Positions 10,030-19,337 of a DNA stretch of 64,000 nt are shown piece by piece. The stretch's first letter is position 1, and the number at the start of each line of letters is the position of its first letter. This stretch comes from Patescibacteria group bacterium (GTDB lineage: Bacteria > Patescibacteriota > Minisyncoccia > Phycocordibacterales > JAACPR01): positions 370,171-434,170 of the forward strand of contig JAKLEX010000001.1 of the NCBI GenBank assembly GCA_022711495.1. Direction: 5' to 3'. Below the pieces are notes generated by a model that saw only the letters and a list, made by a program, of their open reading frames with translations, was not told the origin of the DNA and did no database searches. Position numbers and translations under genes: made by a program.

Positions 10030-11151
10030 ATGAAAATCGTATTCACAGGAGGAGTAACGGGCGGACATTTCTATCCGATAATCGCCGTGGCCGAAGAAAT
10101 CCGCGAGATTTGTAAACAGAAAAAACTTATAGAGCCGACTTTATATTTTTTATCACCCGCGCCCTATAACGAAAAAATTCTTTTTGACAATAAAATTATT
10201 TACAAAAAAGTTCCAGCAGGGAAGATGCGGCTTTATCCATCAATTCTGAACTTCCTGGACATATTCGTCACCGGCATCGGTTTAATAAAAGCTCTCTGGA
10301 CAATGTTCTGGATTTATCCGGACGTCGTTTTCAGCAAGGGCGGCGGCGGAAGTTTCCCGATTGTCTGGGCGTCAAATATTCTGAAAATTCCCGTGATCGT
10401 TCACGAATCCGACAGCGCGCCAGGCCGGACTAACGTCTGGGCGGCCAAGCGAGCAAAAAAAATCGCCGTTTCCTATCCCGAAGCCGCGCAATTTTTTCAA
10501 AAAGACAAAGTCGCTTGGACCGGAAATCCAATAAGAAAAAATTTGAAGGTGGCGGTCACGGAGGGAGCAAAAGAATATCTCGATCTGGAGACCAGCGTGC
10601 CGACAATCCTGATTTTGGGTGGATCGCAAGGAGCTAAAGTTATCAATGAAGTAATCACCGACGCGCTACCAGAACTTATAAAAGAATTTCAAATAATTCA
10701 TCAAGTCGGTAAAAATTCTTTCTCTGAAATAAGTGAATTATCTAAAATCATTTTACAGAATTCTCAATACGCGCACCGTTACAAACTTTTTCCATATCTA
10801 GATGACTTGGCTTTAAAAATGTCTGCCGGAGCCGCTGACCTAATTATCAGTCGGGCCGGATCTACGATCTTTGAAATCGCCAATTGGCATAAGCCGAGTA
10901 TCTTGATCCCCATCACCGAATCGCATGATGACCACCAGCGAAAAAATGCCTATATTTACGCCCGAACCGGCGCTGGCACGGTTATAGAAGAAAGCAATCT
11001 GTCAGACAGCATCTTAATAACTGAAATTAAGAGAATTTTAGACAATAAAGACATCAAGGACTCCATGATTGCCGCCGCCAGTGATTTTGCCAAACCAGAG
11101 GCGGCTTTAACAATCGCCAAAGAACTGTTGGAACTCGGTTTAAATCATTAA
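10030..11151 (+). CDS. murG: UDP-N-acetylglucosamine--N-acetylmuramyl-(pentapeptide) pyrophosphoryl-undecaprenol N-acetylglucosamine transferase
   Basis: N-terminal GGTGGHFYP motif and overall GT28 architecture. dcw-cluster context. Confidence 0.9.
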   Translation: MKIVFTGGVTGGHFYPIIAVAEEIREICKQKKLIEPTLYFLSPAPYNEKILFDNKIIYKKVPAGKMRLYPSILNFLDIFVTGIGLIKALWTMFWIYPDVVFSKGGGGSFPIVWASNILKIPVIVHESDSAPGRTNVWAAKRAKKIAVSYPEAAQFFQKDKVAWTGNPIRKNLKVAVTEGAKEYLDLETSVPTILILGGSQGAKVINEVITDALPELIKEFQIIHQVGKNSFSEISELSKIILQNSQYAHRYKLFPYLDDLALKMSAGAADLIISRAGSTIFEIANWHKPSILIPITESHDDHQRKNAYIYARTGAGTVIEESNLSDSILITEIKRILDNKDIKDSMIAAASDFAKPEAALTIAKELLELGLNH

Positions 11152-11154
11152 AAT

Positions 11155-12519
11155 ATGTTTAATTTTTTTAAAAGAAAAGTCGTTACCAGATTTCCACCAA
11201 GTCCAACTGGCTGGTTTCATATCGGCAACGCTCGAACGGCTTTATTTAATTATCTCTTCACCAAACAAAACGGCGGCGTCGTAAAATTCAGATTGGAAGA
11301 TACTGACAAAGAGAGATCCAAACCAGAATACGCCCAAGACATTCTAGAGGGCCTTAAATGGTTGGGGATAGAAATGAATTATGACAATCCCTATCGCCAA
11401 TCGGAACATGGCTCAACCTATCAAAAATACATAGAGGCGATGTTAAAAAACGGCACCGCTTATGTCTCAAAAGAAAACGCCACGGAAATGGGCCAAAGAT
11501 CTGAAGTCATCAGGCTAAAAAATCCGGGTAAGAAAATCAAATACAAAGATTTGATTCGCGGTGATATCGAAGTTGACACAACTGAACTCGGAGATTTTAT
11601 CATCGCCAAAAGCATAACTGAGCCGTTGTATCATTTGGCAGTGGTAGTTGATGATTATGAAATGGGAGTAACTCATATTATCCGCGGAGAGGACGGAATC
11701 TATAACACCCCGCGTCAGATTCTCATCCAAGAGGCCATCGGCGCGAAAAGACCATTGTACGCTCACATGCCATTTATTCTGAACGAAGACCGTTCCAAAT
11801 TGTCTAAAAGAAATCAGGGGGAAATTGTTTCCTTAAAATATTATCGGGAAAAGGGTTATCTTCCGAGCGCCCTGGTGAATTATTTGGCGATGTGCGGCTG
11901 GAATCCCGGAACCGAGCGTGAAATCTTTTCAATGGACGATTTGATCAAGAATTTTGACATCTTAAAAGTTCAAAAATCTGGAGCAATTTTCAATACGGAG
12001 AAATTAAATTGGTTCAACCGAGAGCATCTAAAATTGTTGCCGGAATCCGAATTTATTTCAGAAATAGTTAAGAGAACAAAGAAATTCAATCCCGACAAAA
12101 ATCTGATTGAAAGGTTACGCCCGATCCTCCTAGAAAGAATAAGCAAGTTTAGCGACATAGACGCTTTGATTGAAAATCAAGAAATAGATTACTTTTTCGG
12201 CGCCCCAACCTACGAGGTAAAAAAAATAATTTGGAAAGAAACAGACATCAGTACGACAATCGCCCATCTAAATAAAGCCCTTGAAAAGGTTCAGAACCTA
12301 AAAGAATATCCGACAATTGACGAAATTAAAAACTCTATCTGGGAATACGCGACGGAGAAGGGGAGAGGGGCAGTTTTATGGCCACTTAGATATTCTCTAT
12401 CCGGCAAAGAAAAATCCCCAGATCCGTTCACTTTAATCGCCGTCTTGGGAAAAACAGAGTCTATTAAACGAATTAAAGAAGCCGTGAAGAAAATAAATGA
12501 TCTGCCGAATAAAAAGTAA
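11155..12519 (+). CDS. gltX: Glutamyl-tRNA synthetase
   Basis: Class I motifs: HIGN in place of HIGH (RFPPSPTGWFHIGNARTALFNY) and KLSKR (SKLSKRNQG). Confidence 0.9.
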   Translation: MFNFFKRKVVTRFPPSPTGWFHIGNARTALFNYLFTKQNGGVVKFRLEDTDKERSKPEYAQDILEGLKWLGIEMNYDNPYRQSEHGSTYQKYIEAMLKNGTAYVSKENATEMGQRSEVIRLKNPGKKIKYKDLIRGDIEVDTTELGDFIIAKSITEPLYHLAVVVDDYEMGVTHIIRGEDGIYNTPRQILIQEAIGAKRPLYAHMPFILNEDRSKLSKRNQGEIVSLKYYREKGYLPSALVNYLAMCGWNPGTEREIFSMDDLIKNFDILKVQKSGAIFNTEKLNWFNREHLKLLPESEFISEIVKRTKKFNPDKNLIERLRPILLERISKFSDIDALIENQEIDYFFGAPTYEVKKIIWKETDISTTIAHLNKALEKVQNLKEYPTIDEIKNSIWEYATEKGRGAVLWPLRYSLSGKEKSPDPFTLIAVLGKTESIKRIKEAVKKINDLPNKK

Positions 12520-13816
12520 AAAGAAAATTCTGGCTTTAGTACTTGTTCTCATGGGCCTGATCCCTCTTATTTCAACTGCCAACAACAGAGAAATTGATTT
12601 ATTGAACGATCAAATTGAAGACAAGAGAGAAGAACTGGAAAGATTAGACGAAGAAATCGCTAAACAAAGACAAGCCCTGCAATCAGTCAGTGGGGAAGCC
12701 ACGACCTTACAAAGTAACTTGAATCAGCTGGAGGCCACGCGAAAGAAAATTCTATCGGACATAAAATATACTGAAACAAAAATTTCGGAAATTGAACTAA
12801 CCATTGATAAGATAAATCTAGAGATAAACGAAAAAGAAAAGCTCATCCAACAAAATTCCGAAGCGCTGTCAGAGTCCATCAGAAAAATTCGGCAACTGAA
12901 GGAAATTTCTTTGGTAGAACAAGTTCTAGGCTATGAGAGTTTCTCGGATTTTTGGAACGAGTTTGAACAAACGGAAACAATACAGAAAAAACTCGGCTCA
13001 GAAGTAAACACTTTGCTTAGCTTAAAAAGCGAACTAGAAAACAAGGAACAAGAGAAATCCAACGAAAAAGAAGAGCTGTCTGAACAAAAAGTGACCTTGG
13101 CCAGCAAAAAAGTCGCGGTTGAATACACGCAGGAGGAAAAAGCGGTTTTATTAAACAAAACCAAAAATCAAGAGGCCGAATACCAAAAAATCCTAAATGA
13201 AAGTCTGGAGCGCCGAAAGGCCTTCGAGGCTGAACTCCTTGAAATTGAGTCTAAATTACAAACTCTCATAGACCCCGAAGGTTACGCCTCCGCCCGAAAC
13301 GGAATCTTGGCTTGGCCGGTCTCCGGATTTAGAATAACGCAGTATTTCGGAAACACCGCCTTCGCCAAAAGCAACCCGCAATTTTATTCGTCTGGTTTCC
13401 ACAATGGCGTAGATTTGGCTGTGCCAATCGGCACAAATGTTCGGGCCGCCGCGGCAGGGAAGATAAAGGGGTTTGGCAATACGGACGCCTTTCCGGGCTG
13501 TTATTCTTGGGGTAAATGGATCTTAGTTGAGCACGAAAGCGGTTTATCCACATTATATGCCCACTTGTCAAGTATATCCGTATCAGTAGGGCAAAAGGTT
13601 AAACAGGGGGACTTGATCGGACTAAGTGGCAGTTCTGGCATAAGCACCGGACCGCATCTTCATTTCACGACTTATATCACCCAGGGTGTTCAAATTAGAA
13701 ATTACCGAGATGTCGCGCCGAAAGCTTATGGTTGCGGAGCTTATAACGTAAGCATCCCGATGGGATCTTTAAATTCTTACGTTGATCCGATGGATTATCT
13801 ACCTGAATTGAAATAA
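12497..13816 (+). CDS. Secreted M23 family metallopeptidase with long N-terminal coiled coil (EnvC/murein hydrolase activator-like)
   Basis: Signal peptide, about 230 aa of heptad-rich coiled coil, then an M23 LytM domain (HNGVDLAVPIGT..., GSSGISTGPHLHF). Confidence 0.8.
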   Translation: MICRIKSKKKILALVLVLMGLIPLISTANNREIDLLNDQIEDKREELERLDEEIAKQRQALQSVSGEATTLQSNLNQLEATRKKILSDIKYTETKISEIELTIDKINLEINEKEKLIQQNSEALSESIRKIRQLKEISLVEQVLGYESFSDFWNEFEQTETIQKKLGSEVNTLLSLKSELENKEQEKSNEKEELSEQKVTLASKKVAVEYTQEEKAVLLNKTKNQEAEYQKILNESLERRKAFEAELLEIESKLQTLIDPEGYASARNGILAWPVSGFRITQYFGNTAFAKSNPQFYSSGFHNGVDLAVPIGTNVRAAAAGKIKGFGNTDAFPGCYSWGKWILVEHESGLSTLYAHLSSISVSVGQKVKQGDLIGLSGSSGISTGPHLHFTTYITQGVQIRNYRDVAPKAYGCGAYNVSIPMGSLNSYVDPMDYLPELK

Positions 13817-13835
13817 CGAAACAAATTAAATTTAA

Positions 13836-14912
13836 ATGGCCGAGCTATTAACTTTTTCCAGAGAAACTTATAACGAGGAGATAAAAAACTTCTTGGATAA
13901 AAATTACGCACCGCTAACGCAGTATGATTTTTACGGCAATTGGCAAAAGGCCGTCGGAAGAGATGTCTATGAATTTTCAATCAGAAATTCCGCTGGAGAA
14001 CTGGTGTTGTATTCCCAAGCCATCTCAATCCCCGCAGGACTTAAGAAAAAGTTTTTATACTGCCCATATGGACCAATCATCAGTAAAAAGATCTCCGAAA
14101 ATCCGGTTAAACTAACGGAGTTACTCAATTTTTTGAACGAGAAAATCTCGACGTTTTTGAGAGAAATCGACCATTCTTTCCTTAGACTTGACTTCACCCC
14201 CAATATTGATAATTTCGCGCAAAATAGCCCAAATTTGACCCTAAAAAGGGCCCCCAAATGGTCAGAGGGGGGATCTTTCTTCCAGCCGCGACTGGAAACC
14301 GCCCTCAACCTGTCAAAAGGCGTGGACGATCTATATTCGGAGATAGATTCAAAAAACCGCTATGCCATCAGGTTGGCCGAAAGAAAGGGGATCAAAATAG
14401 AGATTATTCTAGAAAATTTCTTAACCCATTTTGAAACTTTTTATCAGATGATTAAAGATACGGCTGACAGAAACTCTTTTAATTTGCACAGCAAAAAATA
14501 TTATCTGGAAATATTCAAAGATCTGGATAAAAGAAAAAATGGTCGATTGGTTTTGGCAAAAGTGGATGAAACAATCGCTACTTGTCTTGTTTTTGTGGAT
14601 TTTAACAAGACGACGATGTTTTTACTCGGGGCTTCTTTGACTGAATTAAATAAAAAAGTTCCAACATCTCACTTGGCTCATTGGAAAAATATAGAATTCG
14701 CCAAAAAATCCGGGTTAGAAATTTATAACTTTGGCGGAATATCTAAGGAAAAATCCCGCTCGGACAGTTTGAGCGGCGTAACTATGTTTAAACGAAGATT
14801 TGGCGGATATGAAATTAAACATTCTGATTATTACGACTTAGTTGTAGACAAAATCGGCTATAGAATATTCCTATTCAAGAAATGGCTTCGCTGGCTTAAA
14901 AATCTGATATAA
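13836..14912 (+). CDS. FemAB-family protein (probable peptidoglycan interpeptide-bridge aminoacyltransferase)
   Basis: Length and residue pattern resemble FemAB/MurM. Located right after the dcw genes and the M23 peptidase. Assigned by pattern recognition only. Confidence 0.5.
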   Translation: MAELLTFSRETYNEEIKNFLDKNYAPLTQYDFYGNWQKAVGRDVYEFSIRNSAGELVLYSQAISIPAGLKKKFLYCPYGPIISKKISENPVKLTELLNFLNEKISTFLREIDHSFLRLDFTPNIDNFAQNSPNLTLKRAPKWSEGGSFFQPRLETALNLSKGVDDLYSEIDSKNRYAIRLAERKGIKIEIILENFLTHFETFYQMIKDTADRNSFNLHSKKYYLEIFKDLDKRKNGRLVLAKVDETIATCLVFVDFNKTTMFLLGASLTELNKKVPTSHLAHWKNIEFAKKSGLEIYNFGGISKEKSRSDSLSGVTMFKRRFGGYEIKHSDYYDLVVDKIGYRIFLFKKWLRWLKNLI

Positions 14913-14923
14913 TAAGAGCATCT

Positions 14924-15166
14924 ATGAAATCATTATGTGTGGCAGGGAATTCTAGGGGTTTTATAAGGTTAATAATACTTTTAATCGTTATTTTGGTGAT
15001 AGCCAGTCTGCTTGGGTTTAGTCCACAGTATGTCTGGACTAATTATTTAGCACCAATATTTGGTTTTATTTGGCGTTTAATCGTCGCGTTTGCTGGCTTC
15101 TTGGTTAAGTTACTAAAAGCTGCGGGTGAGGCCTTTGACTATCTTCTTGATTTAATTAAAAACTAG
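14924..15166 (+). CDS. Small hypothetical membrane protein (80 aa, 2 hydrophobic helices)
   Basis: ORF with two hydrophobic segments. No recognisable family. Confidence 0.35.
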   Translation: MKSLCVAGNSRGFIRLIILLIVILVIASLLGFSPQYVWTNYLAPIFGFIWRLIVAFAGFLVKLLKAAGEAFDYLLDLIKN

Positions 15167-15223
15167 CGCCTTTCGGGCTTTCTCATATATAGTGTCGCAA
15201 AAGGTATATTGTGCGACGTTATA

Positions 15224-15736
15224 CTACCTTTTAGCTATCACCACCTCGCGGACATTATTCCAACAATTGGAAGAATGAACCCACGGATCTGTGCCATATT
15301 TATCGTACAAATATTTGGCGTAAGCCATATTACCTTCAAGAGAATAAATATCGTATCCGAGCATTACGGCTGTTCCTGCATGATATCGCTCGTTGATCTG
15401 CATCAAGCCAACATCGCTTGGATTAACCTTACCCCTTAAAACGCTGCCGTCAGCGTTGAATTGATAAAATTTTGATTCGCAATAAGCAATATCCACTAAC
15501 ACAGGAGTTTCGTTGAAATATTCTTCAGTCAATTGCTTTACTGTTTTAATAGCAGGATCAATCGTTTCGTCATAAAAATCCATATCAAAATCCGTTTGCC
15601 CAAGCCAATCGGACACTCCATTCGGCTCCGAAAGCAGGTTAATCCCCTGTCTCGTGTCTACGACAGGAGTAAGAATATTTTGGTTCAATATCAGGCTATC
15701 AGTCGTCTGACTGGTCGCGCTAGCAACTGAAGTCAT
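15224..15736 (-). CDS. Lytic transglycosylase-like (SLT domain) protein, probably secreted
   Basis: Catalytic E-S context (CESKF) plus the GLMQIN motif typical of the SLT lysozyme-like fold. The upstream in-frame sequence (KFIIQIALGLSL-) looks like a signal peptide but has no ATG, so the start is uncertain. Confidence 0.55.
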   Translation of the reverse strand: MTSVASATSQTTDSLILNQNILTPVVDTRQGINLLSEPNGVSDWLGQTDFDMDFYDETIDPAIKTVKQLTEEYFNETPVLVDIAYCESKFYQFNADGSVLRGKVNPSDVGLMQINERYHAGTAVMLGYDIYSLEGNMAYAKYLYDKYGTDPWVHSSNCWNNVREVVIAKR

Positions 15737-15966
15737 TAAAGATAACCCTAGAGCAATTTGTATAATAAATTTTTATTAATTTTAATCTGCGCGCAAGACA
15801 TCGTTACAGAAATCGCAGGTTCTGGGCAGAATCCGGTTTACTGGGCCTAGAACTAAAAAACTCAAGCATTCGCCTGAGTTACATCTCATATTCTAGCACG
15901 GGTTGCCCAAATTTGTCAAATGTTATAATCGCCTTATTTATAGCCCTATAATAGGCATATTTAAAC

Positions 15967-16332
15967 CTACTCGCAGTTTGCCGCCAGCGTATATCCGGCC
16001 CCTTCGGCGGCCTCAATCGTCGAAAAATATATCTTATTTTCATTTTTGATCCGATTGGCGCCTGAACAATGGACAAAATAGTATTTTTTACCATTCTTTG
16101 AGGCCACAATATTCCCTCCCCCTGTTGCAACTAACTCCTTCTCTGGATTTAAAATATTCGGATAAAAGTTCTTTATTATCTCAATTTCCGGCGGAGTTTT
16201 TATTCGAAGAAGGAGAAATACTCCTAAAACATCGACCATAATCAGGAATGAGGCAAAAAAGACGGTTATTTTAGCCAAAATCAAGCGGCCTGCCCGGCTC
16301 TTGATTTTTTCCTTGATTTGTTCTAAACTCAC
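15967..16332 (-). CDS. Membrane-anchored protein with C-terminal Ada-like metal-binding-type domain
   Basis: N-terminal TM helix. C-terminal YYFVHCSGANRIKNENKIYFSTIEAAEGAGYTLAANC resembles the Ada N-terminal Zn-binding domain pattern (FC..C...EN..FF....A...GFRPC..C) but with fewer Cys. Tentative. Confidence 0.45.
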   Translation of the reverse strand: MSLEQIKEKIKSRAGRLILAKITVFFASFLIMVDVLGVFLLLRIKTPPEIEIIKNFYPNILNPEKELVATGGGNIVASKNGKKYYFVHCSGANRIKNENKIYFSTIEAAEGAGYTLAANCE

Positions 16333-16382
16333 AGGACAAATTATTATCAGATGGATTTAAAATTTGATTAAAATTATTAATT

Positions 16383-16655
16383 ATGTCACACGTTAAAGCC
16401 GCCGGTTCAACCAAAAACTTACGAGACTCCAATCCCAAATATCTTGGCGTCAAACTTTATGATGGTGAAAAAGCCAATATTGGCAATATAATCGTTCGCC
16501 AGAGAGGAACCCGCGTTCTGCCTGGAAAAAATGTCAGAATGGGCAAAGATCATACTATTTACGCGATGAAAAACGGCAAAGTGAAGTTCTCACAAAAGAG
16601 ACAAACTCGTTACGATAATAAAATTGTCTCCAAGAGGGTTGCTAGTGTCGTTTAA
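16383..16655 (+). CDS. rpmA: 50S ribosomal protein L27
   Basis: [24 protein letters not shown]...QRGT... is the canonical L27 signature. Confidence 0.9.
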   Translation: MSHVKAAGSTKNLRDSNPKYLGVKLYDGEKANIGNIIVRQRGTRVLPGKNVRMGKDHTIYAMKNGKVKFSQKRQTRYDNKIVSKRVASVV

Positions 16656-16673
16656 TTTTATTGTTCCCTACTT

Positions 16674-17117
16674 TTACTGGTCGGCGATAACTTTTAGGAG
16701 GATTTGTACTTTCTTTCCATAAGCTTCAATCGGAACGGAAAAATCGCCAGTTGCTCTTATGGGGTTCTCCAAATTGATCCAATCTTCACTTATATTTATT
16801 TTCAAGTCGCCAATGGCGTCGGCGATTTCTTTTAGATGCACTTGAGCAAAAAGATGACCCTTGTCATTAGCTTTGGCTTTAATGATAATTTCTCGTCCGG
16901 CGAGCTTATCTAGCAAATCGTGCGCTTTAGCATGCAAAGTTTCCGCCTTCTTGATCCTATTATCTGTTTCAGTCTTTATTTGATTAATGGCTCCCACAGT
17001 GGCGAATTTGGCCATTTTACGAGGAATCAGAAAGTTAAGAGCGTATCCTTCATTAACGTCCTTTATCTCGTTTTTTAAACCCAATTTAGGGATATTTTGT
17101 AATAAAATCACTTTCAT
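16674..17117 (-). CDS. rplI: 50S ribosomal protein L9
   Basis: MKVILLQNIPKLG...EGYALNFLIP N-domain plus a C-domain. Length 147 aa. Confidence 0.85.
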   Translation of the reverse strand: MKVILLQNIPKLGLKNEIKDVNEGYALNFLIPRKMAKFATVGAINQIKTETDNRIKKAETLHAKAHDLLDKLAGREIIIKAKANDKGHLFAQVHLKEIADAIGDLKINISEDWINLENPIRATGDFSVPIEAYGKKVQILLKVIADQ

Positions 17118-17135
17118 AAGGTAAAGTAAACTCCT

Positions 17136-18383
17136 TTATTTATTCAATAATTTAAGAGCTTCTTCTAGTTGGTAATCAGCCAATTCCACGCCCTCTGGTG
17201 CCGAATCTACGATGATTTCCGGTTCAAGACCGCCATCGGAAATAGATTTACCATCCGGAGTCAGCCACTGGGCCGTGGTAACTTTCAGAGAGGTATCTTT
17301 TGTTATTTTTATAAGTTCTTGAACCGATCCTTTACCAAAAGTATTAGTTCCGAGAACCGTGGCAACTTTGTGTTCTTTGAGAGCGCCAGCCAAAATTTCC
17401 GAAGCCGAAGCCGAGCCGCCGTCAATTAATATAATCATTTTCAGATTATCGTTGAAAATATTGTAGCCCTTGCTTCTAAAAATCTTTTCATCGTCACCGT
17501 TTTTGAACTGTTCGCGGACAACAATTTTACCTGACGGCAAAAACCAACTGGCCAGGTCAACGGCGGCGCTTAAAAAGCCACCCGGATTGCCACGCAAATC
17601 AAGAATCAATTTATTTGTTTTGGCGGAAACAAATTCGCGCAAAGCTGAACGAAATTCTGACGTGACATTAGCGGAAAAATTGTAAAGATAAATAATAAAA
17701 ACATCATCGCGTATCTCGGTTTCAAGGGTCGGAATATTAATAATCGCTCGAGTTACCTCAATCTCCAAGGCTTCCGTCTCCCCTTCTCGGATCAATGTTA
17801 ATTTAACCTTGGTTCCCTCCGGTCCGCGGATTTTATCAACGGCCTCATCCAAAGACATGGACGCTGTTGAAATGCCATCTATGCCGGCAACAATATCGCC
17901 GGATTTAATTCCGGCTCTTTCGGCCGGAGAGTTCTTCAGCGGAGAAATCACCGTAACTAGATCATCCCTAATACCAACTTCCATGCCAATTCCGGAAAAT
18001 TCTCCCTGAATGGTCGTCTCAAACTTCTCGTTTTCTTCCGGGAGCAAAAATTCCGTATAAGGATCGTTCAGGGAATTCACCATGCCCTTGATGGCGCCAA
18101 GAACTCTGTCCGAAGAAGATACCTCCTCCGTGGAAGAAGCGGAAATAAACTTCTGATCAATCAGTTCCCAAACCTCCCAAAAATCGTCCAAATCAATCTC
18201 TTCTGAAGCCAAAACTTTACCGTCAAAATAGTCTTTGACGTCTGAGAAACCCACACCCCGACCGGACCAAAATCCGCTAGAAAAAATAATAACCGCTACC
18301 GCTCCGACGGCTCCGCACACCAGAAACTTCTTGAAGAGTCTGTTCATTGAAGTAAGTATGTCAAAAAATAATTTGAGGGTCAA
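17136..18383 (-). CDS. ctpA: Carboxyl-terminal processing protease (S41 family, PDZ-containing)
   Basis: Signal/TM N-terminus and a PDZ segment. S41 catalytic region (GNPGGFL...; TFGKGSVQ) with Ser/Lys dyad context. Confidence 0.85.
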   Translation of the reverse strand: MTLKLFFDILTSMNRLFKKFLVCGAVGAVAVIIFSSGFWSGRGVGFSDVKDYFDGKVLASEEIDLDDFWEVWELIDQKFISASSTEEVSSSDRVLGAIKGMVNSLNDPYTEFLLPEENEKFETTIQGEFSGIGMEVGIRDDLVTVISPLKNSPAERAGIKSGDIVAGIDGISTASMSLDEAVDKIRGPEGTKVKLTLIREGETEALEIEVTRAIINIPTLETEIRDDVFIIYLYNFSANVTSEFRSALREFVSAKTNKLILDLRGNPGGFLSAAVDLASWFLPSGKIVVREQFKNGDDEKIFRSKGYNIFNDNLKMIILIDGGSASASEILAGALKEHKVATVLGTNTFGKGSVQELIKITKDTSLKVTTAQWLTPDGKSISDGGLEPEIIVDSAPEGVELADYQLEEALKLLNK

Positions 18384-18412
18384 ACAAAAATCATGTGGTA
18401 TAATTACCCTAA

Positions 18413-19336
18413 ATGATCTACGAATATAAACATAAAAATATCACTTGGGTGGATTTGGAAAATCCAACAACGGAAGAAATCAAAAACATTGCTGACCGTT
18501 TTGATATTGACCCGATGGTCGCCGGAGAATTGTTGATTCCGACCTTGCGATCGCGCGTTGACTATTACAAAGACTATATTTATTTGATCCTCCTCTTCCC
18601 TATTTCAAGCGCCTCTTCAATAGAAAATTCGAACGAAAAGGTTCAGGAAGTTGATTTTATTATCGGGGAAAAATTTATCATAACCACCCGTTACAGCGCC
18701 GTTGATGCCCTTCTGGAATTTTCAAAAGTATTTGAGGTTCACTCCATTCTTAACAAGGGCAACATGTCAAACCACGCCGGTTATATCTTTTATTACATGC
18801 TTCAGTTTCTTTACAAATCACTCCTCAATCGTCTGGCCAATATCAGAGACCTGTTGTCCGATATTGAAAACAAGATCTTTTCCGGAAATGAAAAAACTAT
18901 GGTCAAGGAAATATCTAAAATTGACAGATTTCTGTTAAATTATTCGGAGTGCACTTCGTTGCATAAAGACGTATTAGAGTCTTTTTCGGTAGTCGGTGAA
19001 AAGTTTTTCAAAGACGATTTTAGTTATTATCTGCACAGCATTATCGGCGAGTATCTAAAAGTTAAAAACGAGATGACCGGCATCAAGGAATATCTGGCTG
19101 AACTACGCAACACAAACGATTCTTTGCTCTCAACAAAACAAAACGAGATTATGAAAGTTTTGACGGTTATAAACTTTATTTTCTTGCCGTTAGCCTTAAT
19201 CGCCGCGTTGTTCAACATGAACACTGAGACTCTGCCGATCGTCGGAGCGCCGAATGATTTTTACATAATTCTCGGCGTCATGGCGGTTTTAACTATCTTG
19301 ATGTTTCTATATTTCAAACGAAAAAAGTGGTTATAG
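18413..19336 (+). CDS. corA: CorA-family divalent cation transporter
   Basis: Cytoplasmic N-domain plus two C-terminal TM helices. FNMN in place of the canonical GMN motif immediately after TM1. Confidence 0.75.
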   Translation: MIYEYKHKNITWVDLENPTTEEIKNIADRFDIDPMVAGELLIPTLRSRVDYYKDYIYLILLFPISSASSIENSNEKVQEVDFIIGEKFIITTRYSAVDALLEFSKVFEVHSILNKGNMSNHAGYIFYYMLQFLYKSLLNRLANIRDLLSDIENKIFSGNEKTMVKEISKIDRFLLNYSECTSLHKDVLESFSVVGEKFFKDDFSYYLHSIIGEYLKVKNEMTGIKEYLAELRNTNDSLLSTKQNEIMKVLTVINFIFLPLALIAALFNMNTETLPIVGAPNDFYIILGVMAVLTILMFLYFKRKKWL

Positions 19337-19337
19337 A

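Noticed and set aside
15209-16130. ORFs 15209..15439 (+), 15533..15730 (+) and 15879..16130 (-)
   Set aside because: The first two are antisense to the SLT gene. The third spans the spacer and the antisense of the Ada-like gene. None has a domain signature.
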